In this document: positions 56,571 to 64,000 of the stretch, piece after piece | Position numbering within the stretch: position 1 is the stretch's first letter | Layout: every line of letters begins with the position of its first letter | Assembly: GCA_963920595.1 (NCBI GenBank) | Contig: OY986946.1 | Span: 2,852,001 to 2,916,000 of the forward strand | Direction of reading: 5' to 3' | DNA length: 64,000 bases | From: Eimeria praecox | Taxonomy: Eukaryota | The notes under the pieces: generated by a model | The model's database searches: none | Told to the model about the DNA's origin: nothing | Seen by the model: the letters and a program-made list of their open reading frames with translations, nothing else | Made by a program: the position numbers and the translations under genes

Positions 56571-57443
56571 TTAGTGTGCCTGTTGACTAAGGAGATAGTT
56601 GCACATCCTATCTTCATCTGCTGCTGTTGCTGCTGCTGCTGTTGCTGCTGCTGCTGCAGCAGTAAATTGAATAGGGCCTGAGTTAAGATATCTATCTTTA
56701 TATAAGAACTCTGTCTCTACTTCTGTATTAATTGCTGCTGCTGCTGCTGTTTGTGTAGGTGTATATAACTGTAAATCGTAAGCACCAGAAGCAGCAACAG
56801 ATCTAATATCTGCTGCTGCTGCTGCTGCTGTTGCTGCTGCTGTTGTAGACAGACCACAAACAACAGCAGCAGCAGATAATGGTGCTATGAGGGGAGTGAA
56901 GGAAGACACAGCAGCACGCGTATTATTAATTAACACAGCTGCATTAAACATATTATCAAACAGAGGAGATACAATCAAACAACCGCAATATAATCCTAAC
57001 GTATATCCTAAACTACAGTCAAAGGCAGTGGGAATCGAACCCCGGACCTGATAACATACACAGAACAGTATATATTTTGTATATATATATATATATATAT
57101 ATATACACTGAGTAATATATTCAATATATAGATTGATATATATATTATATATTATATATTTTATATTATATATTATATATACTATATATTCTATATATTC
57201 TATATATTCTATATTCTATATATTCTATATATTCTATATAATATATAATATATATATTATTATATACTATATATATAATTATACTTGAACCCGACAGACA
57301 GACAAATATAACAAACACGTATTACACGCGCTGCAAGCAAACAAATAAACAAAACTAAAAAATCCTAAAACAACTACATCAAATATAAATATAAATATAA
57401 ATATAAATATATATAAATAAACTAACAAATAAAACACAGCTAA

Positions 57444-57526
<83 letters not shown>

Positions 57527-57908
57527 GATCTGACAGATCAAAACAGATGGGGGCGAAGCTGCCTTTGAATTTTCCTTCAGACTTTCTCTTCTTTAATACA
57601 TCTCCAACCTGTACATAAAAATAAAAATAAATATAAATATAAAAATAAATATATATTATATAATTAAGATCGTAAATTAGATATATTTCTACTATTTCTG
57701 CTGTAGTTTAATGCTGTTGTTTTGTTTATTCGGTTAAGTACGTAAAAATAAAACAATTTCAAATAATTTATATACAGATATATATATATACATATATATA
57801 TATATGCATATACCTACATGTATTATATATGTATTATATATATGTATATATACTACTACATTCGTGTATACAAATATACATATATACATACATGTATCTA
57901 TCTATCTA

Positions 57909-57949
<41 letters not shown>

Positions 57950-58658
57950 ACCACATATCTATGTAAACCCCAAATCCAAAATATCTACTTAAACAAAACC
58001 CTAATCCTTAACATTTGTATATCTACTTGTATCTGTCTATACACCTCAGACATACCATAGCAGCAAGACAATTAACAAGAGGGAAACTAGCAGCATTTTT
58101 AGTAAAATTTTGTGGGCTATTAAACATTTCTATCATCTTTTCTTTAAATGTTTGTGGTAATGTATTTAATATTGCTGCATCCTCCGTAGAAATACGATCA
58201 GAACAACCGCCGTTAACAGCTAAGGCTGCTGCTAGATTTCGAAGCTGTACATACACCCCCAAAAAAAAAACAGAAAACAGAAAAAAATAAAAATTGCATC
58301 CAATTTATTCAATTTTATATCTAAACAATAAAATTAGACAAATATTAAAAAAAAGTAAGTTAGATACATACTATATATATATATATATATACACTCAACA
58401 ATAAAAACAACATTCTACTACTTCTACTTCATAATCAACAGCAATTCGTACATACACCAACAACATGCTTTCTCTTCGTTGTTTTACATATATTATAATT
58501 AAAATTAATATATATTCTACATAATATATATAATGTATATAATATATATAACATATATATATTATATATATAATATATATTATATATACAATATAATATA
58601 TATAACATATATAATATATATATTATATATGTTATATATATTATATATAACATATATA

Positions 58659-58697
<39 letters not shown>

Positions 58698-58851
58698 TAA
58701 TTAAATTATCTCACATATTTGTTGGTAATGAATAAATCTTCATTCAACAACAATACTCCAAAGTTTTTGCCTTCGTCGCATCGAGCGGAAACTCCATCCG
58801 CAATTTTCTGATAAATATAAAACAACAAATTAAAATAAATAAATAAATAAC

Positions 58852-58901
<50 letters not shown>

Positions 58902-59695
58902 AGAGAGATATAAAGAAATAAATAAAGATAGAAATAAATAGAGAAATAAACAGAGAAATAAGAAGAGGAATAAAGAAATAGAGATAAATAGAAAGAAGTA
59001 GAAAGAAATGAATAAATACAGAGAGAAATAAATAAATAGAAAAATAAACAGAGAAAGAAGAAAATAAAGAAAGACAGAAATAGACAGAGAAATAATAAAT
59101 AAATAATCAAATAAAAAAAGAAATAGATAAATATAAATAAAGAGAGAAATAGATAAATAAAAGAAGAAATAGATAAATAGAGAGAGAAATAAACACAGAA
59201 AGAAGAAAACAGAGAGAAATAATCAAATAAAAGAAGAAATAGATAAATAAAAAAAGGAATAGATAAATAAAGAGAGAAATAGATAAATATAAGAAGAAAT
59301 AGATAAATAAAGAGAGAAATAGATAAATAAAAGAAGAAATAGATAAATAAAGAGAGAAATAGATAAATAAAAGAAGAAATAGATAAACAAAAGAAATAGA
59401 TAAATAAAGAGAGAAATAGATAAATAAAGAGAGAAATAGATAAATAAAAGAAGAAATAGATAAATAAAGAGAGAAATAGATAAATATAAAAACACAAACA
59501 AAATTCTAACAAATCCAAATCATCAATCATAAAAAACAAATATAAAAAAATAAATAAAATAAAAATAAAACAGAATAAAAATAAATAAAAATAAATAAAA
59601 TAAATAAATAAATAAAACCAAAACTAGATAAAACTAAACTCGAACAAAACACTAATAAAACAAACTATAAATAAACCTATATATATATATATACA

Positions 59696-59738
<43 letters not shown>

Positions 59739-59934
59739 CCTACTTCTGCGATTTGTATTGGTGTTTTATCTGTATATACACTCGAAAGTAATACAATGTT
59801 AGGATGCGTTTGAATCGCTACTTCTACTTCTGCTGCTCTCCCGCCACCAACTTTGCAGAAATAAAAATATTTAGCTGCGCTGTTGCTGTCAGTCATCAAA
59901 TTACCTGCGAGAAAGAAGAAAGAGAGAGAAAGAG

Positions 59935-59974
<40 letters not shown>

Positions 59975-59990
59975 TGATTGATTGAGAGAC

Positions 59991-60029
<39 letters not shown>

Positions 60030-61255
60030 GAGAAAATGATTTAAATTCAAATTAGAAACACCAAATATTTATCTATTTATTTATTTAAACAATCATAAAC
60101 CCTAAACCCCAATTAACATTCATAAACCCTAAACCCTAAACCCTAAACCCTCATAAACAATCATAACAACCCTCCTTAACCTTCCTATAAGCACTTGTAA
60201 ACCCTAAACCCTAAACCCTCGTAAACCCTCATAAACCCTAAACCCTCATAAACCCTCGTAAACCCTAAACCCTCATAAACCCTCATAAAACCTCGTAAAC
60301 CCTCATAAACCCTAAACCCTCGTAAACCCTAAACCCTAGTTTTTAATCTCACCAACAAGTTCTGCTGCTGCTTAATCCTAATGCGGGGGCTCCCGAAACA
60401 TCATTTAAACAATTAATAAAATCTGTAGCTTTGTTATTTTTATCTAGATAATTATATTTATTATTAAAGACAATAGAAACACTACCTTGCTGCTGCTGCT
60501 GCTGCTGCTGCTGTTGTAGCTGCTGCTGTAGAGAAGAGATACAAGGGAGAGGTTCTTGCATGCAGAAATCGCTATCTCCACATACATTAATAACTTTGCA
60601 TTTATCTCCTCTCTTCTTTAATATCTCAGATAAAATCGAACTCGCTATTATACTTCCCCCTAAAACTATCAATGCGTCGAAAGAACACGATGTACTTAAT
60701 ACACCTCCCTACAAACAAACAAACAGATATATATATATATATATATATATAAGTAGAGATAGAAGTAGATTTATTTATTATAATTATACACAGTCTTCTT
60801 CGGGTTTATCTAAGAAAAAACAGATTACATCCCCAACAAGTATAGCTATCAATATTATTATACTATATTATTATTATTATTATATTATTACTATTATATT
60901 ATATTATTATTATTATTGTATTATAATTATTAATACTAGTATTAAATTAAAATAATATAAATTAAACCACGACATTACAATTTAAATAAACTAAAATACA
61001 AACGAAATTATAATTTAAATAACTTAATTAAACCAAATTAACATAACTTACAACACAAATCATAACACGAATGCGAATACAAAACAAACTAACAACGCAA
61101 ATTAATAAATTAAACTAATAATAACATAATAATAAAATAAAATAAAATAAAATAAAACAAGATATGCAGATCATACAAGTTCGAGTTCATGTACAGCCAC
61201 TCTTCCCAATAGAAATAATTTAAATATTTTAAATAATTTAAACAACTCAGATTAT

Positions 61256-61289
<34 letters not shown>

Positions 61290-61589
61290 ATATATACTAG
61301 TAATAAACAACAACAACCTAAACAACTAAACAAAACAACCACCCTAAAACAATAAACAAAACAAAACAAAACAAAACAAAACTAAAACAAAACAAAATAA
61401 AATAAAATACAAACACTACTTACAGGTTGAATGAGCTCGAGTTCATGTAGCGCGGTTCTCCCTAACAGAGTAAATGCTCCCTGGTTTTTCTGTTTTTTTA
61501 AATCTTGGAGCATACTCGATAAACTAACAAACTCATTCTTCATTACACCAAACACCTCGCCTCCAGCTTCAAGTACTCTAAAACACACA

Positions 61590-61634
<45 letters not shown>

Positions 61635-61747
61635 GCCTCTTTAGAAAGAATACGCCAAGTATATCTTCTGAAAGCAATCAGACTATGTTTATCTGTAAAT
61701 ATATTTTATAAATAACGTATGCATATATAAACATACGAATACAAACA

Positions 61748-61803
<56 letters not shown>

Positions 61804-61993
61804 TATATGAAGATATACGTATACACCTGAAACAGCTGCATGTACACTCCAACATACGAATAATTTTCTTACAAAAAAAACCAAGATAAAAATAATTAGA
61901 ACAGATAAATAAATAAAACTAAAAACAAATAAACAAGCAAATACATAAAAACAAACAACTATATAGATAAACCCAAATAAATAAATAAACAAA

Positions 61994-62040
<47 letters not shown>

Positions 62041-62201
62041 ACTTACTTCTCAACAATTCCTAAAGCAACATTAGACATTCCCGGAGCCGCTTCTCCTACT
62101 AATACGATAGCAGCTTTTCTTTTTTGTGTTTCTCCTGCACATACACTGTAAACAGCTGCTTCAGCTGCTGCTGTCTTTGAGAATATTTGATGTAGAACTT
62201 G

Positions 62202-62241
<40 letters not shown>

Positions 62242-62618
62242 AGCAGATCAATCATCTTCTCAGGTTGTAGGACCATTCCTTTTTTTTTAATATCTTGGGG
62301 TGTATCTACAGCAGCATTTTCTCTCTGTTGTTGTAGAGTAGATTGTATATCCGATAAGAAATCAAAATATAAATTTACTCCCCTCACTAATTTATTATTA
62401 TCGTTAAGAGCTGCTGCTGCTGCTGGTGGTAGCAAAGAAGACATAGGAGGAGGCCCTGTCAATGTGTAGGGTTTATCTAATTCTGTAGAGTATAATTGCA
62501 TAGGCCCGGTTATATGATATAAATCTAACACCTTCCATGCTTCACGAACCTTAACATACACAACACACACATTATATCACATCCACATTATTATTCTAGA
62601 ATAATTAAACATACAGAA

Positions 62619-62687
<69 letters not shown>

Positions 62688-63561
62688 TGATGTAGATTTA
62701 TTTGTATCTTATTCATCTTTCTCTTCTATTTCTCTTGACTTTTGTATTTTTCTAATTACAAATATTACTAATTTATTTTTATTAATTTATTTTTATTAAT
62801 TTATTTTTATTAATATATTATTATTAATTTATTATTATTAATTTATTATTGGATAAATTAAATACATGCGTTCATACTCCACAGCACTCTCTACCGCCTC
62901 TCAACATGAAAGACAGCAGCAGCAGCAACAAGAGCAGCAGCAGCCACAACAGCAGCAGCAACAACAGCAACAACAACAGCAGCAGCAGCAACAACAGCAA
63001 GAACAACAGCAGCAGCAACAGCAGCAGCAACAACAGCATCAACAGCAACAACATCAGCAGCAACCCGCCCTGCGTCATCATCAACAACCTAATCTCTCTC
63101 CTGATATAAAACCAGCAAGTATAAGTATAAACATAAATATTAATAAATATTTATTTATTTATTTATTTATTTATTAAATGAAATTAAATATATTATTAAA
63201 TAATATATTTATTTATAGGTAGGAATCGAACCTGTTCGAAGGCTTTGAACATAGGTTTCTGTATATCAACAAGAAATTTTTTAATAACAGGCACATTCAT
63301 CTTTCCTTTTCTATTCTCTAAGTTCATCATCTTCGTTAAAGGAACGCCTGCAGCAATCCAATCTCTCACGTTGTTGCTGCAACTCATGCCTTTAAGAACT
63401 GCCATACAACTTGTTATCTAAATACAATAAAACAAACACACACACACACACACACAAATTAAATAACTAACTAACTAACTAACAACATACACTGAAAATG
63501 AGAAAAATAAAAAACAAAAACAACAACAAGAGGAAACAAACACTAGAAAAATCTGAGACTC

Positions 63562-63600
<39 letters not shown>

Positions 63601-64000
63601 TAGATATATCTATATATACATATAGATAGATATATAGACATATCTATATCCACATACCTATATCTATATCTATATATCTATATCCATCTATATATATATA
63701 TAGATAGATAGATACAAATATATCTGTCTATTGCTCAATTCTGCATAGATGTTTTTGTTTAATGGAGAATCAATCACCAACATCACAGGAATACAAACTA
63801 ACAGAAAAATAAAAACAAAACAACAAAACAATAACAAATATAAACAACAAACAACAATAATAAAAACAAACAACACAACAAAACAAGAAAAATAATAAAC
63901 AAGAAAAATAAAAAAAAGAAAAAGAACAGCTCTTACTTTGTTCTGTATCAAAGCCCCCGCCACATTACCGAGGGCATAGCAGTAAGTAGCATCGAAATCG
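56571..64000 (-). CDS. Phosphofructokinase (apicomplexan PPi-PFK/PFP-like two-domain enzyme): end of the N-terminal half plus the divergent C-terminal half; gene starts beyond the window
   Basis: Exons >64000-63937 ([20 protein letters not shown]), 63417-63232 ([32 protein letters not shown]), 62549-62047 (GPMQ...[19 protein letters not shown]), 61577-61424, 60708-~60353, 59904-59744 ([19 protein letters not shown]...QTHPN), 58807-58715 (GKNFGVLLL), 58244-58056, 57608-57525 and 57047-56571 ([17 protein letters not shown]...GPIQF). Confidence 0.88.
59141..59485. repeat. Intronic ~20-bp degenerate tandem repeat (AAGAGAGAAATAGATAAATA)
   Basis: Repeated agagagaaatagataaataa / aagaagaaatagataaataa units inside a PFK intron. 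Confidence 0.85.
60098..60338 (-). repeat. Intronic telomere-like tract mixing AAACCCT with 10-bp variants AAACCCTCAT/AAACCCTCGT
   Basis: Lines 60061-60340: aaaccct, aaaccctcat and aaaccctcgt units interspersed. Confidence 0.92.

Noticed and set aside
57025..57050. tRNA T-arm-like GGTCCGGGGTTCGATTCCC on the minus strand (similar GGTTCGATTCC at ~63222-63232)
   Set aside because: It encodes VRGSIP at a PFK exon start and the second is a splice donor; no D-arm, anticodon arm or acceptor stem.
61630..61875. Unique-sequence islands within the PFK intron 61578-62046 as extra exons
   Set aside because: The flanking exons already join in phase (GIVEK/VLEAGG) and the islands show no PFK-like peptide.

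Overview
Eukaryotic, intron-rich genomic DNA with the hallmarks of a coccidian apicomplexan, most likely Eimeria: abundant (CAG)n, interstitial AAACCCT telomere-like heptamers, TGCATGCA octamers, GGGGGCCCCC runs, and alternating repeat-rich and repeat-poor segments. Genes reconstructed by hand from GT..AG splice sites and codon phase: the 3' end of a possible DEAD-box helicase-like gene (+); an intronless STEEP1/CXorf56-like zinc-finger gene (-); a class I histone deacetylase with a ~120-aa low-complexity insertion (+); a DnaJ protein (-); a 3-ketoacyl-CoA thiolase with a PTS2-like N-terminus (-); a 208-aa signal-peptide orphan (-); a decayed Ty3/gypsy retrotransposon (-); two hypothetical coiled-coil/low-complexity genes; a triple-CCCH zinc-finger protein (-); and the 3' part of an apicomplexan phosphofructokinase (-). 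Most other ORFs in the track are microsatellite artefacts. The most notable unexplained signals are (1) a dispersed 14-bp palindrome GGTGTAYRKACACC, with 12 exact and more than 10 variant copies, mostly in repeat-rich segments and often next to splice sites, and (2) three short 'echo' copies of coding sequence in neighbouring non-coding DNA, two enriched for synonymous changes and one antisense to a micro-exon 5' splice site. No database search was possible, so homology calls rest on recognised motifs and none of the novel interpretations is proven.
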